A stretch of 64,000 nucleotides of DNA from the NCBI GenBank assembly GCA_964609895.1, contig CAZSTG010000002.1, positions 3,362-67,361 on the forward strand, in the 5' to 3' direction. The position numbers and the translations under genes are program-made. Below the pieces are notes generated by a model, which worked only from the letters and a program-made list of their open reading frames with translations, did no database searches and had not been told where the DNA came from. This stretch comes from an uncultured Gammaproteobacteria bacterium. GTDB taxonomy: Bacteria; Patescibacteriota; Microgenomatia; UBA10105; UBA927. Of the stretch, positions 9,320 through 19,644 are shown one piece after another; within the stretch, counting starts at the first letter, position 1, and every line of letters begins with the position of its first letter.

Positions 9320-10606
9320 ATGACAAACCTCGCATATGAAAAAACAGTGTTTCCCAACGGTGTACGACTCCTCTGTATTCCCATTTTGGGCGTTGAGAGC
9401 ATGGCAACATCGGTCATGGTAGGTGTGGGAAGCAGGTACGAAACAAAAGATATCAATGGTATTTCTCATTTTCTTGAACATATGGTGTTTAAAGGGACGC
9501 AAAAATTCCCGACGACTGATGATGTGAATTTCATTGAACGTTTAGGTGGCCTCCAAAACGCCTACACAGACCTCGATGTGACGTGCTACCACAATAAAGT
9601 ATTAGGTGAGGATTGGAAATCGGGGCTCGAGATAAACAAAGAACTTGCCTTGTATCCACGACTTGAAGAGCAATATGTGGACAAGGAACGAAACGTGATT
9701 TTAGAGGAAATGAAAAAGTATGAGGATGAACCGGCGATGAAAGTCGGAGAGCTCTTTCATACGATGCTCTATCCTGATACGCAACTTGGCATGCGAATTA
9801 TTGGAGAAGAGGCACCACTTCGGGCTGCCACCGCACAAACACTCAAAACATATCATGATGCATGGTACCAGCCGGAACGCATGGTGGTTGTGATGGCGGG
9901 GAAGTTGCCGGACGAATTGAAAACGGCGTGTAAGGAGGCTGTTGCTTCATGGTTTGGGGAAATCCCAGCAAAAAAGACAGGAGACATTGAACGGGTTGTT
10001 GATCATCAAAATGCACCTCGTGTGGCATTTGTTACAAAAAAAGATGCAACACAGGCTCATATTACCTTAGGACTTCGTACATTTAATAGGTATGCAGAGG
10101 ATCGGTTTGCCGCAAATGTCTTTAATTTACTGTTTGGTGTGTCGTTTACATCACGACTGTTCAAAGAAATTAGAGAGAAAAAAGGATTGTGTTACACCAT
10201 CCGTTCTTCGTCTGACACGTTTGAAGATGTTGGGTATTGGTCGATTTATGCAGGGGTTGCAACAGACAAAGTGCAAGAAGCAACTGCGGGAATTATGCAA
10301 GAAATTAAGAAGGTGTATACAGAGGGTGTGACAGATGAGGAAGTAAAGATCGCGATCAAACGCCTCAAAACGATGCTTGCGTTTCGTGCAGAGGATCCGG
10401 AGTTTGCAACAGAATGGTACGGTCGGCAGGAACTCTATCACATGCCAATCATGTCACTTACCGACTATATGGAACGCATTGCCAACGTGACAAAAGAAGA
10501 AATTAATGCGATGGTTAAAAAATATTTTGTTGCAACTAATTTGAACTTGGCAGTTGTGTGGAATAGACCGGAAGATACAAGTTTGGTAGAATTATTAAAA
10601 ATTTAA
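9320..10606 (+). CDS. M16 family zinc peptidase
   Basis: HFLEH (HxxEH) motif; SRLFKEIREKKGLCY. Confidence 0.92.
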   Translation: MTNLAYEKTVFPNGVRLLCIPILGVESMATSVMVGVGSRYETKDINGISHFLEHMVFKGTQKFPTTDDVNFIERLGGLQNAYTDLDVTCYHNKVLGEDWKSGLEINKELALYPRLEEQYVDKERNVILEEMKKYEDEPAMKVGELFHTMLYPDTQLGMRIIGEEAPLRAATAQTLKTYHDAWYQPERMVVVMAGKLPDELKTACKEAVASWFGEIPAKKTGDIERVVDHQNAPRVAFVTKKDATQAHITLGLRTFNRYAEDRFAANVFNLLFGVSFTSRLFKEIREKKGLCYTIRSSSDTFEDVGYWSIYAGVATDKVQEATAGIMQEIKKVYTEGVTDEEVKIAIKRLKTMLAFRAEDPEFATEWYGRQELYHMPIMSLTDYMERIANVTKEEINAMVKKYFVATNLNLAVVWNRPEDTSLVELLKI

Positions 10607-10622
10607 CTGAAAAAGGAGTCAT

Positions 10623-11045
10623 ATGATTGAAAAAACAGTCGTGCTTATTAAACCAGATGGAGTATTACAGCACATTACAGGAGAAATCATTAAACGATTT
10701 GAATCTGCAGGGCTTACGGTTGTGGGTCTGAAATACGTACAACTCACGCAAAGTATTCTTGATGTTTGGTACGCCCATCATAAAGAAAAGCCATTTTTCC
10801 CGAGTCTTTGCGAACAGATGATGGCAACACCGGTCGTTGCAATCGTGTTATCCGGTGAAAACGCAGTACATCAGGTATTTGATATCTGCGGCCCGACAGA
10901 TCCAGCAGAAGCTGCTCTTGGTACAATCAGGAAAGATTTTGGTGTGGACAAACCGCATAATGTGGTACACCGTTCAGACAGTGTTGAGGCAGCCGAGAAA
11001 GAAATCGGTCTGATTTTCACTCCGAGCGAGATTTTTGCGCTGTAA
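10623..11045 (+). CDS. ndk: Nucleoside diphosphate kinase
   Basis: IKPDG, GTIRKDFG and NVVHRSDS motifs. Confidence 0.95.
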   Translation: MIEKTVVLIKPDGVLQHITGEIIKRFESAGLTVVGLKYVQLTQSILDVWYAHHKEKPFFPSLCEQMMATPVVAIVLSGENAVHQVFDICGPTDPAEAALGTIRKDFGVDKPHNVVHRSDSVEAAEKEIGLIFTPSEIFAL

Positions 11046-11104
11046 CGGATGCATATTGCATTATTCCATTATTGATTTATACTCCGTGGGTATAAGGAGT
11101 ATAT

Positions 11105-11464
11105 ATGGGGTCACCAGATAGAGCGCCGGTTTTTCATTTGGCAGAGGCTGTTGTTGATCCGCTTGCGCCTCCAAAATCAGATCAGGAATTGTTGGCGCGG
11201 ATACAAGAAAAACTGCACCCAACCGGAGTTGCTGGTCCTCGAGCATTTAGCGTTTCCTCCTTTGAGCTTGCCGATGATGAGGCAAATCACAATCCGCATA
11301 AATCAGATGAAGAGCGTGTGGTTGATCCGTTATTTCCACCAAAAACAGATAGAGAACTCGAGAGAATCACTGCTTTACAAAATACCACAAGCGAGCAACA
11401 GGTTATAAATGAAGATGAATATCGAGCAGCAGTTGGACTTCCGCCACTTCTTGTCGGTTCCTAA
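11105..11464 (+). CDS. Orphan protein with internal duplication
   Basis: AGGAG SD; VVDPL(A/F)PPK(S/T)D.EL occurs twice. Confidence 0.55.
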   Translation: MGSPDRAPVFHLAEAVVDPLAPPKSDQELLARIQEKLHPTGVAGPRAFSVSSFELADDEANHNPHKSDEERVVDPLFPPKTDRELERITALQNTTSEQQVINEDEYRAAVGLPPLLVGS

Positions 11465-11602
11465 CTATCTCGGTTTTTCCTGTTGGCGATGTTGTTTGAG
11501 TACGGGATATTCTTTTTGTGGAGGGAGCACTGGTGGTTTTATTTGTTTTTCTGGCAGCTTTGGTTGTGGTGGCAGTTTTGGTTCATATTCGGCACATGTC
11601 AT
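11465..11602 (-). CDS. Small Pro/Lys-rich hypothetical peptide (45 aa)
   Basis: MTCAEYEPKLPPQPKLPEKQIKPPVLPP...; fills the gap and abuts the neighbour's stop codon. Confidence 0.35.
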   Translation of the reverse strand: MTCAEYEPKLPPQPKLPEKQIKPPVLPPQKEYPVLKQHRQQEKPR

Positions 11603-11659
11603 ACAAAAAGCATACTGGAAGACACCGAGTTTCTGCAAGAGAGAAAAGAAGAAAAGTTA

Positions 11660-12310
11660 TTACTTGATAATCTCTAGCTTCCGGAAAATAGGAAGAATAA
11701 ATTCAAATGGAAGACCGATGACGTTGGTGTAGCTTCCGTCGATTTTCGTAATCAGATCCCACGGTGCTTCGTTGACAGTGTACGCTGCGGCAAACCGCGA
11801 AAAATCATACCGGTTGATATATTGGTCAAGTTCCACAGTCGTCATTTTTCGCATGGTGACTTTGGTTGTTTCAATACCATCCCACATTTTTTTTACCGTA
11901 AGACCATGGAGGTACATCACTTTGACAGCTGTTGTGAAGGTATGTGTTTTTTCCATGAGCTCTTTGATCATGGCCTTTGCCTCTTCTTTTGTGTTGGTTT
12001 TTCCGAATGTCTTTTTGCCTAAAATTGCCATGGAATCGGCAGCGATAATAAGTGACCGGCTGTCGATGGGAACATTGAAAACACGGGGATTTTTCACTAT
12101 TTCTTCTGCTTTGGCGAGCGCCCGTTTTTTGATGGTTTTGGTGGGATCCGGATCAGTAATGGCATCCTCATTGACATTGGAAACCACTGTCCGGAACGGC
12201 AGACCGAGTTTTTCCAACAGCATTTTGCGACCCAGTGACTGGGAGGCCAAAATGATCTGAATTGGTTTTTCCTCTAAGGGAATGTGTTGAGGTTTGAATG
12301 AGAGGTTCAT
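11660..12310 (-). CDS. maf: Maf family nucleoside triphosphate pyrophosphatase
   Basis: IILASQS..R, IIAADS and GSYTNVIGLP motifs. Confidence 0.9.
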   Translation of the reverse strand: MNLSFKPQHIPLEEKPIQIILASQSLGRKMLLEKLGLPFRTVVSNVNEDAITDPDPTKTIKKRALAKAEEIVKNPRVFNVPIDSRSLIIAADSMAILGKKTFGKTNTKEEAKAMIKELMEKTHTFTTAVKVMYLHGLTVKKMWDGIETTKVTMRKMTTVELDQYINRYDFSRFAAAYTVNEAPWDLITKIDGSYTNVIGLPFEFILPIFRKLEIIK

Positions 12311-12398
12311 AATTCGGGTATTATACCGCAAAAACGACCTCAAAGCTAGGAGGGAAAAGCGAGCTTTACAAGGAGTGGCCTTACGAGGCTAATATTTG

Positions 12399-12471
12399 TC
12401 GGGATGGAGAGACTCGAACTCTCGACCTCTTCGTTCCGAACGAAGCACGCTACCAACTGCGCTACATCCCG
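12399..12471 (-). tRNA. tRNA-Pro(CGG)
   Basis: Cloverleaf; anticodon arm CTTCG-TTCGGAA-CGAAG; CCA not encoded. Confidence 0.92.
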
Positions 12472-12524
12472 CGTAAATCAATCGTATTGTACGAAACAAT
12501 GAGGTAGAATACAATCAAGAAGTT

Positions 12525-12599
12525 GCCTTCGTAGCTCAATGGATAGAGCAGGCCCGTCCTAAGGGCAAGATAGGGGTTCGATTCCCTTCGAGGGCGCCA
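12525..12599 (+). tRNA. tRNA-Arg(CCT)
   Basis: Cloverleaf; anticodon loop GTCCTAA; TTCGA T-loop; encoded CCA. Confidence 0.88.
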
Positions 12600-12635
12600 C
12601 GTCAAACATGGCTGTCGCGTTCGACGCGACGCACG

Positions 12636-13844
12636 TTACCTGATATTAATTGCGTAGAGATTGGGTAGTGTGGAAGCTGTTGGAATGAGATTTGTTAAAA
12701 TCACCAGTTTGTTTGCACTTGTCCACGGCGCAACAAATGCATCCCAGAACGGTCCTGCGTAGAGCGTTTTTCTGTTTGTCCCGTCATAGTCCATCGCTTC
12801 AATCATATCTTTGGAGACGGTGATAAGATGGCGGGAAGTTGGCATCCATTGGAGATCAAGCGTTGCTGCATCACCGATGAGATAATTCCGATCTTCTTTG
12901 ATATCGTACGTATATATACTATATGGTTTGATATCCCGTACATCTTCTGTCGGATTGGTGCCGATAAGGGGCGGGTCAATAATTTGCGGGATGGTTGCCG
13001 CTGCAGTTGCCGTATATAAAATATTCCGTTCGTCCGGAGAAAATGCGATGATGCTCATGGACTGCGTCGCAATCTCAATCAGTTCTGGTGCGAGGGTAGA
13101 GAGTTTTTCCGTTTCTTTGGTTTTGGCGATCGTTTCCCATTCTTTGATGACGTCGCGTTTGATATACACGGGTTTGGCAAACTCATTGAGCTTATCTGTA
13201 TCAATGAGATAGGAGGCAGTTGTTTTTTGTGCGGTCGGAACATCAATCATGAGCTGTTTATTGTCGGGTGACCATGAAAGAACTGCCTGTGACACATCCA
13301 TTGTTTCGTTTTTCAGAATCTGTTTGGCATCACGGTTGAGTCCCAGTGGCTTGTCCACAAGATCCAAAATCCAAATACCCGCACGCTGCATAATTTGCGC
13401 ACTGTTTGTTGTTTCCAGAATAGGAGGGACGACGTAGGCAAGTTTGGATCCGTCGGGGGAAAGCACGGGGTTGAAGACACCACTTGTTGTAATGGCAGAG
13501 AGGGATGGATTGGTTGGATATAATGTTCCGTTTGCCTGTGCAACGACTTCACCCTGCACACGGATGTATTTTTCCCACGATTGGTAGCCTTCTTTTGCAA
13601 ATGTGATGGTGTACCATCCCGGTTTGACCGTGATAGTGGTGTTGGTTGCCCCGACTTTTTTTCCATCAATGAATATGGATGCGCCGATGGGATCGGAGGT
13701 GGCGCTGATGAGTCCTGTGGAGCCGATGGTTTTTTGTTTGAAGTTGAAGCGATACCCTCTGCCGTATGCGATGACGGCAAGTGACACAACCGCGATGAGA
13801 CAAACAGTAAATATGGAAAGCGCAGTGTTTTTGAATTGAACCAT
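12636..13844 (-). CDS. PEGA-domain protein with beta-propeller-like repeats
   Basis: TM + 'GYRF', 'SDPIGASIFIDG..KEGYQSW' PEGA pattern, repeated SPD turns. Confidence 0.8.
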   Translation of the reverse strand: MVQFKNTALSIFTVCLIAVVSLAVIAYGRGYRFNFKQKTIGSTGLISATSDPIGASIFIDGKKVGATNTTITVKPGWYTITFAKEGYQSWEKYIRVQGEVVAQANGTLYPTNPSLSAITTSGVFNPVLSPDGSKLAYVVPPILETTNSAQIMQRAGIWILDLVDKPLGLNRDAKQILKNETMDVSQAVLSWSPDNKQLMIDVPTAQKTTASYLIDTDKLNEFAKPVYIKRDVIKEWETIAKTKETEKLSTLAPELIEIATQSMSIIAFSPDERNILYTATAAATIPQIIDPPLIGTNPTEDVRDIKPYSIYTYDIKEDRNYLIGDAATLDLQWMPTSRHLITVSKDMIEAMDYDGTNRKTLYAGPFWDAFVAPWTSANKLVILTNLIPTASTLPNLYAINIR

Positions 13845-13918
13845 AGTGAAATTATGTGGCCGGTATAGGATAGTATACAACGAAAGTATGGTAGAATGAA
13901 ATGAATCTGAAAACTCGT

Positions 13919-14926
13919 ATGAATTTTTCTTCAAAACGCATCGGTATTGATCTTGGGACGGCAAACAGTCTCGTGTGGTTATCAGGCGAGGGAGTGGTAC
14001 TGAATGAGCCGACTGTTGTGGCTGTCACCGCGGATGATTCCCGTGTGGTTGCGGTTGGCAATGAAGCAAAAGAGATGCTTGGAAGAACGCCGGGGAACAT
14101 TGTGGCGACGCGGCCTATGCGCGACGGGGTGATTGCGGATTATCGGATTACCGAGGCGATGCTTGCATATTTTATCGACAAAACCGTGGGGAAAAACAGG
14201 TTTTTTAAGCCTGAGGTTATGATTTGTGTACCGACGGGATGTACCCAAGTGGAACGCAGGGCGGTGATGGATGCCACGCTTTCAGCAGGAGCCAAAACCG
14301 TATATCTCATCGAAGAACCGCTCGCCTCCGCAATCGGCGCAAAAATTCCCATCGCACAGGCATCAGGACACATGATTGTGGATATCGGCGGCGGATCTAC
14401 AGAAGCAGCTGTTATTTCTTTGGGTGGAGTTGTGGTGCACAAAAGTGCCCGAGTGGCCGGAAACAAAATAGATGAGGCAATTGCCCAGTATGTGAAACGG
14501 ACATATAACCTCATTATTGGAGAACGCATGGCGGAAACGATCAAAATTACGGTAGCAACGGCTGTAGAGGATGAGCCGCGCAGCATGGAAATCAGGGGGC
14601 GCGACGCCGTTTCCGGCATGCCCCGCATGGTGACCCTTACCAGTCGCGAATGTGTCACTGCCATTATGCCTGTCTTGCATCTGATTGTGGGTGCGGTGAA
14701 AGCAGTATTGGAGGATACGCCGCCGGAGCTTGCGGCCGACATCATTGACAAAGGCATCATCATGGCTGGTGGCACAAGTACACTTCGAAATCTTGATAAA
14801 CTGATGACGCAGATGACTGGTGTCGTGTGTCACGTTGCCGATGATCCGCTTTTGTGTGTTGTTCGAGGGACGGGAGTGGCGCTTGAAAATATTGAACTGT
14901 ACAAACGCAGTGTCAGTAAAAAATAA
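13919..14926 (+). CDS. mreB: Rod shape-determining protein MreB/Mbl
   Basis: IGIDLGTAN, RPMRDGVIAD and VDIGGGSTE motifs. Start could be 13901. Confidence 0.95.
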   Translation: MNFSSKRIGIDLGTANSLVWLSGEGVVLNEPTVVAVTADDSRVVAVGNEAKEMLGRTPGNIVATRPMRDGVIADYRITEAMLAYFIDKTVGKNRFFKPEVMICVPTGCTQVERRAVMDATLSAGAKTVYLIEEPLASAIGAKIPIAQASGHMIVDIGGGSTEAAVISLGGVVVHKSARVAGNKIDEAIAQYVKRTYNLIIGERMAETIKITVATAVEDEPRSMEIRGRDAVSGMPRMVTLTSRECVTAIMPVLHLIVGAVKAVLEDTPPELAADIIDKGIIMAGGTSTLRNLDKLMTQMTGVVCHVADDPLLCVVRGTGVALENIELYKRSVSKK

Positions 14927-14948
14927 TCCTGTTTCGCAGGACAGGTCT

Positions 14949-15743
14949 ATGAAATTGACGAAGAAACAACTACTTGATGTCACCATTACGATTGATACTA
15001 AGGCAACAATTCTTTCTTTTATTGCAGACTATGTGCGCGGGGGGAGCGACTCGGGCAAAAAAACACCGCTTGTGATTGCAACACCGAACCCCGAACAACT
15101 GGTAGAAGCATCTGTTAACAGGGAATTTTTGTTGGCACTGAACCGGTCCGATGTCGCCATTCCCGACGGTATTGGGATTGTATTCGGTATGCGATTGCTT
15201 CATGGCATCAAATTGTCACAGATTTCCGGTATAGATTTTTTGGCTGATCTCGTCCGTCTTGCCAATAAACAGCACTGGACGATCGGATTTGTTGGCGGAA
15301 AAAACGATGCGGCGCACAAGGCGCTTATTACCCTTCAGTCTTCCTATGTTGAATTACATGGGTGGAGCGAACAGCCAAAGGAATTTTCTCGCGTGGAGGA
15401 GATTATGTCGTCTGACATGAGTAAGATCGTCCGAAGAATCATCGACAGCCAGACACGGTTTGTGTTTGTGGGGCTCGGTGCGCCCAAACAGGAGTTTTTT
15501 ATTGATATGCTGAAAAAGCAACTGATACAGGAACATACTCCACCGGTTGTTCTCATGTCGGTCGGCGGGTCGTTTGACATGATTGCGGGAAACATATCGC
15601 GTGCACCGGCATGGATGAGGAATCTGCATGTGGAATGGTTCTATCGGTTGATGCGCGAGCCGTGGCGGTGGAAACGGCAAACAGCGCTCTTTCAATTTCT
15701 TTGGCAATTACTTTTCTATCGTTCCAGAAACGCTCGTTGTTGA
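14949..15743 (+). CDS. WecB/TagA/CpsF family glycosyltransferase
   Basis: TPNPE, PDGIG, GLGAPKQE, VGGSFD and EWFYRL..EPWR motifs. Confidence 0.92.
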   Translation: MKLTKKQLLDVTITIDTKATILSFIADYVRGGSDSGKKTPLVIATPNPEQLVEASVNREFLLALNRSDVAIPDGIGIVFGMRLLHGIKLSQISGIDFLADLVRLANKQHWTIGFVGGKNDAAHKALITLQSSYVELHGWSEQPKEFSRVEEIMSSDMSKIVRRIIDSQTRFVFVGLGAPKQEFFIDMLKKQLIQEHTPPVVLMSVGGSFDMIAGNISRAPAWMRNLHVEWFYRLMREPWRWKRQTALFQFLWQLLFYRSRNARC

Positions 15744-16886
15744 TGCGAGGATGGTGTGGAAAATCTCCATGTACTTTTTTCCAATAACGTCCCATGTAAG
15801 GGTTGTAGCAAGATGCGTGCAGTTGTCGGTTATGGTTGTGCGGTATGTTGTGTCGAGACGGAATTTGGTTATGGCAGTTGCAATTGCCTCGCCGTTTTCA
15901 AATGGGACAAAACACGCATTCTGCTCGTTTAGAACAGAAGTTGCGTAAGCAAACGGTGTCGTGATAATGGGTTTTCCAGCACCGATGAAGAAAGAGAGTG
16001 GTCCGCTTGCTGTGTAACTGCGGTAAATATATGGAACAATGCCAATGTCAGCTGCTTGAATATATGAAAACAACTTTGTTTGTGAGACAAAATCCAAATC
16101 AAACACCACCATGTCTTCAAGGTGCTCCTGATCAATTGTTTCTCGGAGTTTTTTAAAATATGCCTGGCTTGTGGTGGTTGGGAGTGTTGTTCCTGCATAT
16201 ACAAAGACGACAGGTTCTTTTTGTTGTTTGCAGATTTTGATGGCCTCAATGGTTGTTGCGGTTCCTTTGTTTGGATGAAAAAAACCAAAGCTGAGCGCGA
16301 TGAATGCATCTTGTTTAAGATGAAGTTGTGTACGAAGTATGTGGGTTTCAAGCGTTTGACTGATGTGGGGAACAGGATGGGGGAACACACAGATAGTGTC
16401 GTTAGGATATCCGTAATCAACAAGCGTTTCTTTTGCTTTTGGCAAGAACGTAAAGATTTTGGCAATATGACTTTTAATTGATTTAAAAAACAGCTCTCGT
16501 TCTTCTGTATAATGCGCGTCACTGTCAACAGGAACTGTATGGGCAACAAGGATGATGGGTTTGGTAACGTGTTGAATGAGTTTTTGAATATATGTATTTT
16601 CCGATCCTCCGCCGTATGAGGAAAATTCATGTTGAATGACAAGGAGATTGATGGGGGATTCGTTGATAGCTGTTGCAGCGTCAAGATATTCTTGTAACTG
16701 TTCTTTGTGAATGATGGCAAGTGGTTTTCGTACGTCTCTATCTGGGTTTTTGTCGTCGTCGACAATGATGATGCGAGAAAGTGTTACTGAGGGGTCAACT
16801 GTGCGAAGGGAGGTTTCAAAATGCTCACTAAATTCTGCAATGCCACTTACCGATGGAGGGAAACTGCCGACAATACCGATGTGCAT
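15708..16886 (-). CDS. Glycosyltransferase family 4
   Basis: SFPP..SGIA, IQHEF..YGG, FGFFHPNKG and SGPLS...GKPIITTP motifs. Confidence 0.85.
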   Translation of the reverse strand: MHIGIVGSFPPSVSGIAEFSEHFETSLRTVDPSVTLSRIIIVDDDKNPDRDVRKPLAIIHKEQLQEYLDAATAINESPINLLVIQHEFSSYGGGSENTYIQKLIQHVTKPIILVAHTVPVDSDAHYTEERELFFKSIKSHIAKIFTFLPKAKETLVDYGYPNDTICVFPHPVPHISQTLETHILRTQLHLKQDAFIALSFGFFHPNKGTATTIEAIKICKQQKEPVVFVYAGTTLPTTTSQAYFKKLRETIDQEHLEDMVVFDLDFVSQTKLFSYIQAADIGIVPYIYRSYTASGPLSFFIGAGKPIITTPFAYATSVLNEQNACFVPFENGEAIATAITKFRLDTTYRTTITDNCTHLATTLTWDVIGKKYMEIFHTILASTTSVSGTIEK

Positions 16887-16943
16887 ATGCAAATCATATC
16901 ATATTTTGATGCACGAAGAGACAAAATATTCTATGATATATAT

Positions 16944-18035
16944 ATGAATATATCTTCCTTGTCTGCTGAATTGGGGCAACAACATCAGCTTATTGAAATG
17001 AACCGTATGCAAGTGATGATGAAACGGTTTGGCATTATCACAGAGAAAGTTGCTATTCATCCTGTTGAGGCATTGGGATATGTCGTTCAATCAAACAACC
17101 AAGAAATGGTGAGAGAAAAAAAGAATGTATTGGTGTTGTTTGATTTTGATGATGTGTTGAACAAAACCACAGAAGGAAAGAATATCCTCATTGAGGAAAT
17201 GGATGCATATATAAAAGCACACAATAGTACTCTTTCTCCTGAAGATACAAAACATATGGTTTCGTCTGTTGAGACATTTTCTTCATGGAAAGATGGCGAT
17301 ATGAAAAAAGATATTGCCCATCCGCAGGCACAACTTATGGCAATGCAATATCTTCTTGATACGGTACGCCATAACAGTGGTGATTCTGGTGCAACACTTC
17401 AGGAAGGACTTCGTGTGCTTGATCGCATAAAAAAACAACAAACGCATAACGAGGCAACCTACCAAGAAGGTGATCCGTTTCGTTTTACTCCACAAGGAAC
17501 ACTGACAAAATTACAAGACAAGCATGTGTGGGACAAAGAATTGGAAGACATATATCTGCATTCATTTTTTGGTCCTTTGCCAGTTGCCGACATGATTTCT
17601 GAGATGAGGAGTATGCATGAATTAGGAATTGCTGTTGGTATTTTTACCACAGGTGATCCAACAGGACAAATCATGCGTGTGTGTGAGTTGTTTAAGGCAA
17701 ATGGACACCTTCCTGTTGACGCGCTTTGGCTTTCCAAAGGTGACAAAGGAACATTGTTAAAAGATTTGGCAACAGATGGGCATATGCCGCAGGTTGATAC
17801 TATTATTGTTATTGATGATAATCCAGATGTGCTTGATTCTGTTATTGCAGTCAATGAAACAATCAAAGGACCAACAATTGCAGGGGTGCGGTATCGATTA
17901 CCCGGTGGATACGCAGAACAAAAACAATGGAAAGCACGTGACCCAAATATACAAATAGATGTGCCAGAAGCAATATCACTTGGTGGGTTTGTTGGACTGA
18001 TACAATCAATTCACCAAAAGATACAAACAAAATAA
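16944..18035 (+). CDS. HAD-superfamily hydrolase-like protein
   Basis: Motif I LFDFDDVL, FTTG, Lys, and motif IV IDDNP. Confidence 0.65.
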   Translation: MNISSLSAELGQQHQLIEMNRMQVMMKRFGIITEKVAIHPVEALGYVVQSNNQEMVREKKNVLVLFDFDDVLNKTTEGKNILIEEMDAYIKAHNSTLSPEDTKHMVSSVETFSSWKDGDMKKDIAHPQAQLMAMQYLLDTVRHNSGDSGATLQEGLRVLDRIKKQQTHNEATYQEGDPFRFTPQGTLTKLQDKHVWDKELEDIYLHSFFGPLPVADMISEMRSMHELGIAVGIFTTGDPTGQIMRVCELFKANGHLPVDALWLSKGDKGTLLKDLATDGHMPQVDTIIVIDDNPDVLDSVIAVNETIKGPTIAGVRYRLPGGYAEQKQWKARDPNIQIDVPEAISLGGFVGLIQSIHQKIQTK

Positions 18036-18067
18036 ATAGAAACTGTTTATACTAAATTCATCTGCCT

Positions 18068-19618
18068 ATGTCTATTTCAAAATCCTTCAAACACCGTGTG
18101 ATACAATATGGCTATTATTCAGTTTCCCGTTCGATTATGGCTGCCCTGAAAACTCCGAAGGATCTTACGGTATTTGCAAAAGAATCGCTGGAAGGACGAA
18201 AGTTTATCGTCGCCATTCAGCGTGAGGCATACATTCACACCAATACCGCGCAGGGAATAGTTGTGGAAAAAGCGGCGGGCGGCGCACATAGTCTTCTGGA
18301 TGGTATATTGCAGGCAACGGGAGGTGTGATGGTTGCGCTTGCGGCAGGAGATGCAGACAGTCAGGTTGTCGACAAAAAAAACAGGGTAAAAGTGCCTCCG
18401 GAAAATCCGAAATATACCTTAAAGCGTGTATTTATCAAAAAAAAGGAACTTGAAGGATTCTATTACGGATTTGCTAATCAGACACTCTGGCCGCTGTGCC
18501 ATGCGGTTTTTGTCAAACCGATTTTCCATAATTCATGGTGGCAGGATTATGTGGCAGTCAATCAGAAATTTGCCGATGCCATTGCAGAGGAGCTGGACGG
18601 AGACAACGGGTTTGTTTGGGTGAATGATTATCACCTTGCATTGCTGCCGACCATGCTTCGCAGAATGAAACCGAAGATCAAAATCGGCGTCTTTTGGCAT
18701 ATTCCGTGGCCAACATACGAAATTTACCGGATTTGTCCATGGAGAAAAGAACTCGTTGCGGGACTCTTAGGAGCTGACTTTATTGGCTTTCACCGCGGGT
18801 ATCATGTCGATAATTTTGTTGAATGCACAAGGCGTGATTTGGAAAGCATTGTGGATACGGAACCGCGATCTATTACCTATAAAGAACATACGACCAAGGT
18901 AACGAACGTGCCGGCTGGCATTGATTATAAAGAAATTATGGATGAAATCGGCAACAAACGCCCGACGAAACAGCTGATAGAAGAAGACTTTGATTTTACC
19001 TATGAGCAACTTGGTATCAGTGTCGACCGGATCGATTATACAAAAGGCATTCCTGAACGGTTGAAAATCATCGATCATTTTTTTGAAAAATATCCTGATT
19101 ATATAGGCAAATTTACCTATCTGATGATCGGCGCACCGTCCCGTGTCCATATTCCCGCGTATAAGGCTATCAATCATGAAATCGACGATCTTATTGAAAA
19201 AATCAACTGGAAATACGGCAAAGAGACATGGCTCCCGATTCAATATATCAATAAAGTTATTCCCCGCGAGAAGATATTCCTCTATTATCATTTGGCGGAT
19301 GTATGCATGGTGACGTCACTCGATGACGGGATGAATTTGGTTGCAAAAGAATATGCAATCTGCAGCAAGGAGGATAAGGGGATGCTCCTGTTGTCCAAGT
19401 TTACGGGTGCTGCCAAAGACATGAAATCCGCAATGCTTATCAACCCGTATGATATAGAAGGTTCGGCCATTGCACTGTATCATGCGTTGACTATGGATGC
19501 GGCGGAAAAGGAAAAACGGAACAGAGATCTGAAAAAGGTGCTTGCAGAAAACAATATTTACAAATGGGGCATTGAATTTATGAAAGACACCCTAAGCGAA
19601 GCAGGGGAAAGTCTCTAA
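18068..19618 (+). CDS. otsA: Trehalose-6-phosphate synthase (GT20)
   Basis: YYGFAN.TLWPLCH, WVNDYHL, HIPWP, DRIDYTKG and DGMNLVAKEY motifs. Confidence 0.9.
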   Translation: MSISKSFKHRVIQYGYYSVSRSIMAALKTPKDLTVFAKESLEGRKFIVAIQREAYIHTNTAQGIVVEKAAGGAHSLLDGILQATGGVMVALAAGDADSQVVDKKNRVKVPPENPKYTLKRVFIKKKELEGFYYGFANQTLWPLCHAVFVKPIFHNSWWQDYVAVNQKFADAIAEELDGDNGFVWVNDYHLALLPTMLRRMKPKIKIGVFWHIPWPTYEIYRICPWRKELVAGLLGADFIGFHRGYHVDNFVECTRRDLESIVDTEPRSITYKEHTTKVTNVPAGIDYKEIMDEIGNKRPTKQLIEEDFDFTYEQLGISVDRIDYTKGIPERLKIIDHFFEKYPDYIGKFTYLMIGAPSRVHIPAYKAINHEIDDLIEKINWKYGKETWLPIQYINKVIPREKIFLYYHLADVCMVTSLDDGMNLVAKEYAICSKEDKGMLLLSKFTGAAKDMKSAMLINPYDIEGSAIALYHALTMDAAEKEKRNRDLKKVLAENNIYKWGIEFMKDTLSEAGESL

Positions 19619-19644
19619 GTATGGATGTATGATACGATAGAACA

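Noticed and set aside
11483-11677. Trp/Phe-rich 64-aa plus-strand ORF
   Set aside because: TTG start; its composition is what the antisense of the Pro/Lys-rich minus ORF would give.
12525-12599. tRNA-Arg as a pseudogene or integration site
   Set aside because: G32 and one stem mismatch are odd, but the rest is intact with CCA, and no duplicated 3' end was noticed.
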